From Chrysomallon squamiferum (lineage: Eukaryota; Animalia; Mollusca): a stretch of DNA of 64,000 nt. Location of the stretch: NCBI GenBank assembly GCA_012295275.1, contig CM022672.1, forward strand, positions 6,820,001-6,884,000. Reading direction: 5' to 3'. Position 1 is the first letter of the stretch; each line of letters opens with the position of its first letter. The position numbers were made by a program, and so were the translations under genes. Below, in pieces: positions 34,857-47,832 of this stretch. The notes under the pieces are model-generated. The model ran no database searches. It had not been told where the DNA came from and worked only from the letters and a program-made list of their open reading frames with translations.

Positions 34857-35132
34857 GGGGAGTCTGTGTGTGAATGGATAAAACGTGTTTCTATTCACAC
34901 AGTTATTACAATTACTAAACTAATAATCTAACTACTTGTGGGGATGTTTTTAATCATTTTTGTTAGCAATTTGTGGAAATGTTTCTGAAAACAGAAAGTA
35001 AATATTCAAGCTGTTTAATTACGTACTGTCCTCCATTGCTAATAATTCATTAAGGAAATTGTTTGTTTTAATGGAACTCAAAACATTCTGCTGCAGGCGA
35101 GCACCATGTAAATCGTCTAATATTTTGTAATC

Positions 35133-35217
35133 TTTGACACGTGACTTTTTAAGCAATATTTGATTCACCAGAACGTTATTTGACACGTGACTATTTTAAA
35201 AAGTATTCGATTCACCA
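35133..35217. repeat. Local duplication with ~46-bp period, each copy containing an E-box (CACGTG)
   Basis: tttgacacgtgactttttaagcaatatttgattcacca and tttgacacgtgactattttaaaaagtattcgattcacca. Confidence 0.8.
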
Positions 35218-35999
35218 CAATACTGCAAGAGACAGATTTCTTATTTAACGTATTCTTGTGAGTATTCGCAAACCTTTTTTTTTTTCTTTTTTTTTTTAAA
35301 TACTTTCTTTTTAAGCATTATTTTTTTACATCATTTTGTAATTTTTACTTCTCTATCGATTTCGATTTATTCAATTTGAAGTTTAAAAGAAAAAAAAAGA
35401 AAAAAAAGAAAGAAAATGAGAGAAGAAAAATAAGAAAGATGAACCTATCAAATTAGAACCGTTACCTAACGGTCCAAACTCGAGTTAGCTGCTGATAGTT
35501 GCAGACTGGCAGACTATTGATTATTTGTTTCCAGTAATTGTAACTGTTCTAAAATAAATGAACTAGTATAAGCTGATTTATCTCGAAAGGAAAAGACAGC
35601 ATGTATTTAGACAAATTATGTTCGCATGGAGCCCTAGAACAAAATCATTATTTGCGTTTTGGTAGCTAGTATAATAATAAAATAATTATTTTCAACAGTT
35701 CAAGAGAAGTCTTAATTTACGTAAACAAGCTCATAATGGAAGCTGTTTGTTTTCCATTATTTCTGTAATTCTCGCTGATTCCAGTGTCGCAGCCAAATCT
35801 CTCTTTTATTTCTTTGACTGACGACACTGAATGTAAATTGTGATTATGTCAAGGACTGACTCCTCAAACCGGAAGTCACTACAGTCTTCTTGTAAAGACC
35901 TCAACTCAGATCTGTCACATTATTTCTTTCTTGAAGAATGAAATTTTAGGCAGCTTTTGAGATAGAAAAAAGCTACTAAATTTAGAAGGCTTTTTTTTT

Positions 36000-36002
<3 letters not shown>

Positions 36003-36087
<85 letters not shown>
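36003..36087. repeat. (AT)n(AG)n compound microsatellite
   Basis: Directly visible. Confidence 0.95.
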
Positions 36088-36090
<3 letters not shown>

Positions 36091-39000
36091 TTTGTGTGAA
36101 ATATGAAATCCTTACTTTATTAATTTTCTAATTACGTTTACAGTTTGTACAGTTGTTGTTATTACAGTTATTCTACATAAATGACAATGCAGCCACTGAA
36201 TAAAAAACAACAACAACAAAAAAACATTTTTACAATTATACAGGTTACGTATATTCATAATCATACAATAATCTTCTGTTTTATTCTTGAAGTTAATATG
36301 TCATATTTTCATCCGTCAAAAAGCCATTAACAAATTAACGTTCTGGAAATACCTTTACAAAAAGTGTAAGAGAAAGGATAAATAAAATGGATACTTAAAA
36401 TAAAATATTAGTTTCTAGAATTTTTTATGCAGAAATATATTGAGGATCTTTACACAATGTTGTCACTAAGAACATCATAAACAACATTCTGTTCATATTT
36501 CATTCGGTGGATCTTTATTTCCTCTGTTGGCCACTGGACTGACAAACAAGTTGTTTCAGAACTGCACTTGATTGCTTGTGTTATAAATCACTCTTACATT
36601 CCCTAAACTCAGATAAAACACTTAATGGTAATAACAGGAAGCGACGCCTCGGGACACAATTAATCTATGTATTTGATTAGCGTACGATTATGTTTACTTA
36701 GACGAACATTATGATTTTCTATTAACTTCTCCGGTGAATTAATATTAGTCAAAAGAGCAAAATGTATGTACATGTTCCACTGCATAAAAGATGTACGTAC
36801 GTACAAAGATTATTAATTTTCTTTTACACTGAGAATATTTTATAATTACCTAGGGTGTCCTCTTGCGCCAGTTCAAATAATACATTCTAAAAGAAAACAG
36901 TAATTAGAAATATTGTGATCATTAAAAAATAATAAAAATTATAATTATTAAAAAAAAAGAAATTCACTTAGTTTTACATGCTTAACACATCCTAACCGTA
37001 TTTGTAATTATGTCTAAGTTATGTTGCGATTACCAGCTTTAGGCAAAACTCGACTTCTGGAGTGGAATTCTTTCAGTGACAAAGTTTTATTTGATCTTGG
37101 TTTATTCAGTGAATAACGCAAGTTTGCAGGTAGCTACTGGCGCGTCCAGCCAACTTGTTAGAACAGAGCCACAGGCGGAAATAAACATCCCTGGAAATCA
37201 AAAGAATACACACCTTCTGGGCAATTTACACCGTATTGTTCAGGGTTAAGATTACATTTGGAAATAATGACAAGAAATACTTCCACAGTGACAACTCGGA
37301 TCGATAGGAAGCAGGATCTGTCAGCATCTACGTCTTATATAATAAACCCATTAACTTTCTAATTAGAGGCACTGTGTGTAAAAACAGACTAACGAGAGAG
37401 CTTAGTCACAATTCTGAATAATAGCTCTCATTCGGAATAAACAGGGACTGAACTTTATTACAGTGGATGAAAGGTAGATAAATATATATGTATCCTCTGA
37501 TGGTAACAAGAAAGATTTTTCTGATCAGTTAGCAAGGTGTGTTTATCTTTGTTTCATGGTCACGTAATCATTTCTTTTTATTAAATCTGTTTGATAAACA
37601 AAATGTATACTTTATGTTTTTTTCGCTAATCAGCCGTGACAAACAGTGGAAGCTGTTATAATTAATAATCACACAGCATTTTCAACTAGGTAAAAGTTTT
37701 GTTAACATGTACTTTTTACAGTTCACTCACTGAAGTTTATTAAGATGAGAAAGAAAGAAAGAAAAAAAGTTAAATTAATGGAAAACATTCATTATGAAAA
37801 TTAATTTACCGGTTATTCTAAATAGCTTCAAAGGCAGATCGTAGCCTTCAGGCATTTCTGAATAAAATTTAAACATAATAACGCCGTCAGTTATTCTTTA
37901 GCATAACATTGTAATATATTTAATAGCCTAGACTCCATTGTTAAATTTGAGTTTTATTCTACGCCACGCTTTCATTAGTCACCCATTGACACGTATACTT
38001 TCTTTTTATTTATTTATTTATAGATTAGTAATCCACCTATCTTTAATTATGATCGTTATATTATATATATTTTAAACATAAAATGGCATTCTGACTTAGA
38101 AGAGATGTTGAAGTAGATCTTAGAGTCTTATCTGACAAATTAACATATTAGTGACAATTGTGAGAGCATACTGGTATTGAAATTTTCCACTCAGACGAAA
38201 ATCTTCAAAATACCACTCACAACTGAAACAGCGGGTAAAATGCGTCCACAGTAGTTAGAGATGTGTGAAAAAAAGTACATCACATACTGCTGGAAAGAAT
38301 TTTGAAAAGATGATAATGTCTTATCAGTAATGAGTAATTTGTAGTAATACTTCGTAGATCTCAGCACAACTCCCAGATAAGCGTTATTCTGATTTCGTAG
38401 TTATTTATAACAAACTGTTGTAAGACGAGGAACAAGGAATAATTGGATGCTGGGATGGTTATTGTTAGTTCATAAACAAAAAACTATTTTGGCAGTGAGT
38501 GTTGGAAAGCATGTTATCAACATTCAAACTGACAGGTATCTAAACAGGTGTAATAGCTATTTGATTACAGAAACAGATAAAATATTTGATTATTTTTATA
38601 TATAGAGTTCAAGATGAAACAAACTTGACTACAAAAATAAAGTCCAGATCAGTTAAAAAAGTATAATTTCTTACCAATATGGATCCGCGAATAAATTATT
38701 CATTATATTGTATTTGTTTTCAGAATCACAGTTTGTGTAATATGCTAATAAAACGTGTTAGTGCAAACAATAGTTATGTCATAATTATTTCATGCATTTA
38801 CATATTTCATAGATATTTAGTAGATTTACTTCCAAGATCACGGGTGTTACAAACAGTTATGATGTAATAACTGTTTTACTAATAGATTTGACTTGTTCCA
38901 CTCACTTCCATTATTTATCACATTAAATATTTTCGCTTTTATTTTCAGCTCAGCTATTAGTATACATGTTTGTTTTAAAATACCTAGATCACATTCGTTA

Positions 39001-39386
39001 TTTATCCAATTATATTGTTTGTAACAATACGTCTAGTATAAAATCTTGTTTTATAATATTTATTGCACTTGTAGATGTTATACATTCCATTTATTTGCAC
39101 CACTTTGGCGTATTTGTTGTGTTTTATTTGTTTTCCACATAACGAATAAACAGTTCACAGAAAGTCGTCTTCCAGGCAGACAGAATCCTTTACGTTTATT
39201 TAAACAACACTTATTATTTGCATCAAGGATAACTACAGATAAACAAATAAAGTAGATAACTGTTATTTGCTTTCATTTGTTCTGCTTTTCTGTAAAATCA
39301 TGTTTATTCCATTTTGTGATTGTGGACTGTATCTCATTTTCAGAATATTAACTTACTACTTTTTGCATACTTTTCTAGCTAGCAAG

Positions 39387-39511
<125 letters not shown>

Positions 39512-40960
39512 ACATACACACATTTATGTATCGACAGCAACCTCTATTACGTAATAACGAATGTGAGGATACTGGATCTGGACACCTATGTCACCCGGAT
39601 TGTATTCTCAGTTAACCAGATCTCTATCAATTTCCCTAAGGGTTATAAAACGAAATTTAGTTTTGAACTGGTTGATACAGTTATATTATTCAGCCGGAGT
39701 TTAATAATAAAAAAAAGAATATGAGAGTGAAATTCCTGGTTTTGCATCGACACGGGTCTCCAAAATTACTTAATCTCTCTCAGCCACTCAGGAGTTTGCG
39801 CTAAGTCTGTTAGAACCAATTTAAATATTTTGGGAGAAAATTAGTTATTTTTTTCTTTCATTTTATTTTTATCTCTCGCCTTTTTTATTTCAGCTTTTGC
39901 AAACTTCATTCTTTTTTATAAACAAAATCAAGTTTTTCAGACATAGTAACAAATTTTCTGTAACATAACATAAAAGCTTGTTTTAAATAATTTAATGTTT
40001 CGTTTTTTTTTTAAATATTGTATATTATTTGAGAAAACTATAAAAAATATAATTTACTTTAATATAATGATAATTATTATTATTATTTTTTGTACATGTT
40101 ATATTGTGATTAAGTACTACTAGTAGTAGTAGTAATAATAATAATAATATTTTATATAAAATATAACTATAAAAAGACACAATATGTTGATATCTATGCC
40201 AGATCCCAGCTCAACTGTTTTATTTAAACACTTTGACAGTACTGTCATGCAGTTATATATCTGTTAAACTAACAAAAATAATTTACTTAGAGAAATTTAA
40301 CATCGCCATTCGACTGAAGAAGTAATTATCTACGAATAAATATATCTGTCAAAGCATTACAATGATTTCTTGTAGATGAAAATAATTTTTTCTAATTTTC
40401 TTATTTTCTTATTTTTTTTTTTTTTGTTTTTTAATGAATTTTTTTTTTTTCTGTCCTTAGTAATCTCTGTCAAACTTATTATTATTAATTAAATAATTCA
40501 TTCCCTTGAATGAGCGGAGCTAATTTTTCAGTCTGGTGCGGTAACAGAAGTAAAACAGCGGACGTAGAGAGTAACGTGGCCTGCATAAAGTCGCGTTCAC
40601 TTACCATCACCGCTCTCCCCCGTCAAATAACGTTCACTTGTTATTGGTGAGAAATGTGAAAAATCGTAGCAGAATAATTTCACTGGGGATGGAATCTAAT
40701 TCAAGAGCTTTTTTTTTCTGTTGTTGTTTATTCTGAAAAAAAAAAAAAGAAAAAAAAAAAAAAATTTAGAAAAAAATCCCATTATCTACATAGCAGAATA
40801 AATCAGGCGAGAGAATAGAGAGTTCGGAAGCAATCTGTAAGTCAGTGTTTTATCATAAATATATCTATGTAGACACAGTAATATTATATAAAGTAAAAGA
40901 TAAATATAACTATGTACATGCTGTAATATTATATAAAATAAAACATAAATATATATATGT

Positions 40961-41275
40961 GTACATAAAGGAATATTACATAAAATCAAACATAAAGATA
41001 TCTACGTACATACAGGAATATTACATAAAATCAAACATAAAGATATCTACGTACATACAGGAATATTACATAAAATCAAACATAAATATATCTACGTACA
41101 TACAGGAATATTACATAAAATCAAACATAAATATTTCTACGTACATACAGGAATATTACATAAAATCAAACATAAAGATATCTACGTACATACAGGAATA
41201 TTACATAAAATCAAACATAAAGATATCTACGTACATACAGGAATATTACATAAAATCAAACATAAAGATATCTAC
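40961..41275. repeat. 45-bp minisatellite, about 7 near-identical copies, with degenerate copies from about 40850
   Basis: Unit ggaatattacataaaatcaaacataaagatatctacgtacataca; produces the 15-aa periodic ORF 40845..41279. Confidence 0.95.
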
Positions 41276-41436
41276 ATAAGGATAGTTACCTACACAGTAA
41301 GTAGAAAGATTTGTAAATGTGAATAAAAAAATCTCTGTTACTTGTTTGAGACAGAGCATGACTCACGTGACTATGAGAGAGATCATTGCTTGTAGGTGAC
41401 TGTGAGAGAGAGACAGCATCGCTCCATATTTAACTA

Positions 41437-41600
41437 TAATAGAGAGAATGGCTCTAAAGGTGACAATAAGATAGAGAATGGCTCTAAAGGTGACAATAAG
41501 ATAGAGATTAGCTCTATAGGTGATAATAAGAGACCGAATGGCTCTACAGGTGAGAGTATACGAGAAAGCATGGCTCTGCAGCTCACTGTAAGAGAATGGG
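41437..41600. repeat. 30-bp minisatellite, about 5 progressively degenerate copies
   Basis: Unit tagagaatggctctaaaggtgacaataaga; gctct recurs about every 30 bp. Confidence 0.85.
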
Positions 41601-41682
41601 TTAAAGCAGGTGTCATTTGTTTATGAGTGAGAGTTATAGTTATTTTGAGAGAAATGTTAAGAGTAAGTGAATGGTCTGAGTA

Positions 41683-42317
41683 CAAGGAATATATGACTTG
41701 TTAAGTGGCTATTTTTGCTTTGAGTTGCGAGCCAAAATCCGAGTTACGAGCTAGTTTGCGCAACGAACAACACAACATCCGCCCAGCATCCCGCGTCTCA
41801 CTCGTTTGCTTCACTTGTTCCTCGCCGTTGAAACATCTCTGTTGTATTATATTCGCAGTTTGTGCAGTATTTTGCCAAATTTCCATGGATCCTAAGAAAA
41901 TAAGTGTAAAGGACAGTGGTGATAAGAAGAAACGGATGTCCATTGAATTAAAGTATGAAATCATAGAAGAACATGATCAAGGTGTGCATGTAATCAACAC
42001 GGCTACACAGCACGAGCGAAATACTTTTACGATATGAAAATAATTTCTGAGTTGGGGACCTCCGTTCATAAAAAGATGGAGAAACCCTAACACTGTACAC
42101 TTTACAAAATCAATTTATTTCTTTACGTTTTCTTTTATTTTGTTTTTTTTATACAATATTTGTCATTTATACATACATTTTTTCTTATTTAAAAACACGT
42201 TACAAAAAACTGGGGTGGGTTTTGACGGCTGGAACGGATTAATGGTAATTTCATATAATTTCATTTCAGTTATGAGTTCCACGGAACAAATTAAACTCGT
42301 AAGTCAAGGTACGACTG
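41683..42317 (+). mobile_element. Internally deleted Tigger/pogo-type (Tc1/mariner superfamily) DNA transposon
   Basis: Right end aattaaactcgtaagtcaaggtacgactg|TA is a Tigger-style CAG..TACCT TIR followed by TA. A decayed left end TA|ca.........tgactt at 41683 is in register. Contains a transposase N-terminal fragment but no DDE domain. Confidence 0.85.
41885..42037 (+). pseudogene. Truncated Tigger transposase N-terminus (CENP-B N-terminal / psq-type HTH): MDPKKISVKDSGDKKKRMSIELKYEIIEEHDQGVHVINTATQHERNTFTI*
   Basis: KKR..SIELKxEII...xxG pattern typical of the first HTH of Tigger/CENP-B proteins; stop after 50 aa. Confidence 0.82.
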
Positions 42318-42333
42318 TATATATATATATATA

Positions 42334-42600
<267 letters not shown>

Positions 42601-44394
42601 GATTGATATAACAAGGACACAACGACAGCAACAGTTACTGGATAAATAGCCAAATACAAACTAAACTAAGAAAATTTTAAAAAAATAAAAATAAAACAGA
42701 AAATAAAAAAAAGAATTTGGAACAATAAAGAGAGTACTTAAGAGCGAGCATTAATTTCTGCAGTAACAAGGGAATAACAACTGTTATAATCATATTTAAA
42801 CATACATAATCTTCGTTTTCTCTATAGTGCAGTTTGGTACAGTAATCCATATTACTGTCATTACTTTTTCTGTAGTTATTCTGGAAGTTTTAATCTCATG
42901 GATTTTTTCCAAAAATAGTCATTGTTTTCATCAGACAGAATTATTTCAAATTATAAGGCTCAGCAGCTTCATGGCTTTTTTGTTTGTTTTTTTTGTTTTT
43001 CAAATAAAAAAACCCGGTTGTAACGGTTTTCCTTGTTTCAATAAAATGTCGGTTCGATAATTTAAAATTTCACTGATCAAACAGAGCATACATAGAACAT
43101 ATATTGACTTAGTGATACGTTACATTGTTACTTGTTTAATGAGCAGACTCTCGGGTCTTCGTGCGTGTTCAAAACAACGGTTTGCTGCAGATGAAAATAA
43201 AGCAGAAAGCAAAAATAGACAGCGTGTGGTTTAGAAAAGCTTTTCAAACAAATTTATGTTTTCATCATTATATGTACTTTTGGTATTAATGTGTTTGAAT
43301 GTAGATTTTTTGTGTGTATGTGTATATATATATATATATATGTATGCATACATGTAAATGCATTTATGTATGTATGTCTATTGGTATGTCTGTTTGTTTG
43401 TTTGATTGTATGAATGAATTTGTGTATGTTTTTATCTAAATATTTTATGCATGAATGTATGTATGTAAGTACGTACGTACGGATGTATGTATGTATGTAT
43501 GTATGTGTGTTTATGTATATACGTATGTACGTATGCGTATGTTATGTTTGTATGTAGGAATGAATATGCGTATGGCTGGATGTGCTTATGTATATGTAAT
43601 ACCCCCTGCATAAAATGAAAGATCTTTTAAAATAACTGTTCTCCTAAAATAGGATCGTGTATCGACAAGAAAAGCTCTTTACATCTGCTTCTGTTCTAAA
43701 CACTCACCCACACACAACATTCTCTGGCCTTGGTGTGTTGGTTAGAATGGCAAATAACTCTATCTGCGTACATATTACCGTTTCATTATGCATGCTGCCA
43801 TCTGCATGTGTATTGTTGTATCTGTGTTTGTTTATGTATGTGTTTGTGTGTCTATCTGTATGCATTACGTCTGTCTGTCTGTATGTATGAATGTCTAAGT
43901 ATATATGTGCGTATGTGTCCATGTATGTGTTTATGTAATCAAATTAATTTTCCAGGCTCAAACACGGCATGCAGAACATCACGACTGACTTAATACATTA
44001 TGATTTGTATTCAGTAACGGGTTTGATATTAATGATAGATTTGAAGAAAGTGTAGTGAGGTAATGGAAATGGAAGCCGGGATATCTGCTAACCTTTCTGT
44101 GTCTGGATTAGACATCAAATACACTGAGTCCGCGACGTCGTGTCGGCTTTGGCTGATGAAGTAAGTAAACTGTTTCGGCGTGTGGCACGTCACTGTCGTA
44201 GTAGACAGACAGAAGGTCAAACTGTTCTGAACGTATCACATATATCTGTCTGTTTCTGTGTGTTATTTGATTAGAGAAGTATATTCTACTAGACTACTCT
44301 GTTTAATGATAGTGTCATCATCACCAAAAACAATCTAGAAGTAATGATGAACATGATATTAATAATAATTATATATAGTTTATTATATATAAGA

Positions 44395-44788
<394 letters not shown>

Positions 44789-45257
44789 GACTTTATAACA
44801 CAGATCTATCTAAATATCTATATAAATGAAATAAAATAATATCGGGATAGAAAACAATACAGACATTGTTATTACGAAAACATGCCCTGAACAGTACAAA
44901 TGGTCAAGCATGATGTAATCAGTTATGCTGTACAAGTAAAATCAATGTGAAAAACGACCCGACGAGAATTTAAACTATTATACAGCTGAAAATACACGTT
45001 CATTATAAATCTCTTTGTTTAACTGTGTGACTTGACTTTGCAGAAAGCTGTTCATAACTCGAAAAAAGAAAAAAAAAGAAGAAGAAAAAAGCTTCATCCA
45101 TTTTGTTTTTTCATACTTCTCTGGAACAATCATCATCATCATCATCTTCATCTTCATCAAAGAAAGATAATCATAAACAAGAACATTATATTGTAATCTG
45201 CAACGTAAAAATGATAACTATCTTCGATGTATTTAATTATTATTATTATTATTATTA

Positions 45258-45298
<41 letters not shown>

Positions 45299-46649
45299 TG
45301 TAAAAGTTACTTCATTTTTGTGTAAGTTTACCAAATGAAATGTCTTACATTATTGAAGAAATCGAAAATAAAACATTTCATTTATCTACTTTACTTTAAG
45401 ATCACATTTGTGTTTGTAAATATGAAATACGAAGTATTGTTTATAATAATAATAATAATTATAATAATAATGATGATTATGATGATGATGACAATGATTA
45501 TAATAATAACAATAACGATTGCAACAACAACAATAATAATAACAGTGGCAGTAGTAGTAGAAGAACTAGTACTATTAGTAACAACAACAACAACAACAAC
45601 AAAATAATAATAACAGTAGAAGTAGTAGCAGTGGAAGTATGGAAGTTTCAACAACAACAACAACAGTATTATTATTATATTAATGATGCTGATGACAGCA
45701 TAATTTGTTGACAAAGATTGAAATGTGTTTCACCACACACAGGAGATATAGCTGAAGGCCGTGTTTAAATCGTACAATAGAAAGTAATCAAACTGCCAAT
45801 GCTAGATTATTTGGTTGAGAAGATACATTTCAATCAGCATTCTAATTATTTTCATTTTTAATCGACAAAGGTTTTAAATTGCCCGATAAATCTGTTAGAT
45901 TTAGGGATTATGTATATAAACATTACCATTAGTAAAATAGTTATAAATGTGTCTGAATAAAAAATGCAGACTATAAATGTTGATTAATTAATTCCCAAAC
46001 AAAGATAAATCTACATACGCACCGACAGTTTAAATTGATGCATAAGATGAATCAATAGAATTTATTTTCGTTTTCGATTTCTAATAGACAAAAAAACATA
46101 AGATTGTCAAAAAATTTGTTTTGATAAGCTGAAATACTTTTTGTACAAAATTAATTAAGATAAAATTAACTTTTTCAGAAACTTAATACTGAGCTGTTAT
46201 TATAAATGTTTCCATCATTACCACTGTCAATTAAACAAGCACAAAAAAAAAACAATATATATATGTCCATACACGAGCTCCATTACTGGTTACTGGTAAA
46301 ACTAGGCTGGCCTAGGCTAAAGTAAGTTTCTCTCACACAATAAACAGTAAACAAGTTTCTAAACATATCAACATTCATTATTAAAAATAATCTAAATTAA
46401 TGATTTTTAAAGTAATAAGGCTTGATGATAAGACTCTAAGCTATGAAAAACACAAAGCATATGATAAAGCAACAAAAAAATACGTATGTTAGGAACTAAA
46501 GTTTTATGTTAATAAGAAAACAACTTCATTGTATATTATGGAATCGTAAGCTCTGTTGTATATTTTGAAAAAATATATTAACTGTTATATATATATATAT
46601 ATTTTATCAAAAAAAACAGAACTAATATACTCTTTCGTGCATCGATAAA

Positions 46650-47095
46650 GCAAATACTGACAAATTAATAAAACAATACTGACGTATTTGACAAAACTAT
46701 AGTACTGACGTATTTAATAAAATAACACTACTGACTATTTTATAAAACGATAATATTGACATATTTGACAAAACAATACTACTGACGTATTTAATAAAAC
46801 AACAAGTACTGACGTATTTAATAAAATAACACTACTGACTATTTTATAAAACAAAAAGTACTGACGTTTTTTTTTCTTTTTTGTAAAACAACAATATTGA
46901 TGTATTTTATATAACAAGTTCTGATGTATTTTATAAAACATCACTTCTTACTATTTTATAAAACAACAATACTGACCTATTTTATAAAACTACAGCACTG
47001 ACGTAGTTCATAAAATAACAAGCACTGACGTATTTAAAAAACAAAACAAGTACTGACGTATATATTGAAATGAAAGAATGACGTATTTGATAAAA
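46650..47095. repeat. ~26-bp degenerate minisatellite (tactgacgtatttaataaaacaacaa), about 17 copies
   Basis: tactgac/tattgac/cactgac anchor recurs every 26-27 bp. Confidence 0.9.
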
Positions 47096-47669
47096 AAAAA
47101 AAAAAAAAACGATTTAAAATGAATAAATATATATTATAACTATCCTTGTATGAAAAAATAAATAAATAAATAAAACAAAATAAAATAAAATAAAAATTAT
47201 AGTAAGTTATTTTCTGTTTTTGAAATCCTGTCTGCTACTGCCATTTCCCTTACATCGGACAGAAAGTGGAAGCACTGACTATAAAACTAGGCAACAGCTT
47301 TCAGTGACAGAATGGTCATAGAGAATGAAATGCTGAGATGTGAAAGAAAAGTCATTTTGTGTCGACAGATTTATCACCACATTAGTAGCAGTTTATTTAG
47401 TGAGCCGCCCTGCAAGTTCGTTTCATAGCCCGTTTTCCTGATTAACAGACTATGTTCTTTTTACTTGTCTACCACGGGCCTGTAATACCGTCGCAGCGTG
47501 TGAAAGATAGGCGTTAATTTAAAGCCGCGAGCCTTGTCAGCATTCAACATATCGATTTGACATACACAATGCTTAAGCAGAGGCCTAGCCAGTGTGTTAG
47601 AATACCCTAACACGTACTGCAGAGATCAGAGCATTAAATAACTTAAGAATTAGTCTACACTGGCTATAA

Positions 47670-47725
47670 ATGATGATGATGATGATGATGATGATGATAA
47701 TAATAATAATAACAATAATAGTAAC

Positions 47726-47777
<52 letters not shown>

Positions 47778-47786
47778 ATAACAGTA

Positions 47787-47831
<45 letters not shown>
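47670..47831. repeat. Compound trinucleotide repeat (GAT)n(AAT)n(AGT)n(AAT)n
   Basis: Directly visible. Confidence 0.95.

Positions 47832-47832
<1 letters not shown>

Noticed and set aside
34608-34931. Plus-strand mucin-like (STDTKI)n ORF
   Set aside because: No ATG start and no convincing plus-strand donor; the open frame follows from the 18-bp unit. The minus-strand splice signals are better and are reported as a finding.
39061-39072. 12-nt match to the miR-92 5' end (tattgcacttgt)
   Set aside because: The 3' half differs and there is no complementary upstream arm; a chance match.
40845-41685. Periodic ORFs (IQEYYIKSNIKISTY)n and (ENGSKGDNKI)n
   Set aside because: Direct products of 45-bp and 30-bp minisatellites, with no clear splice context or homology.
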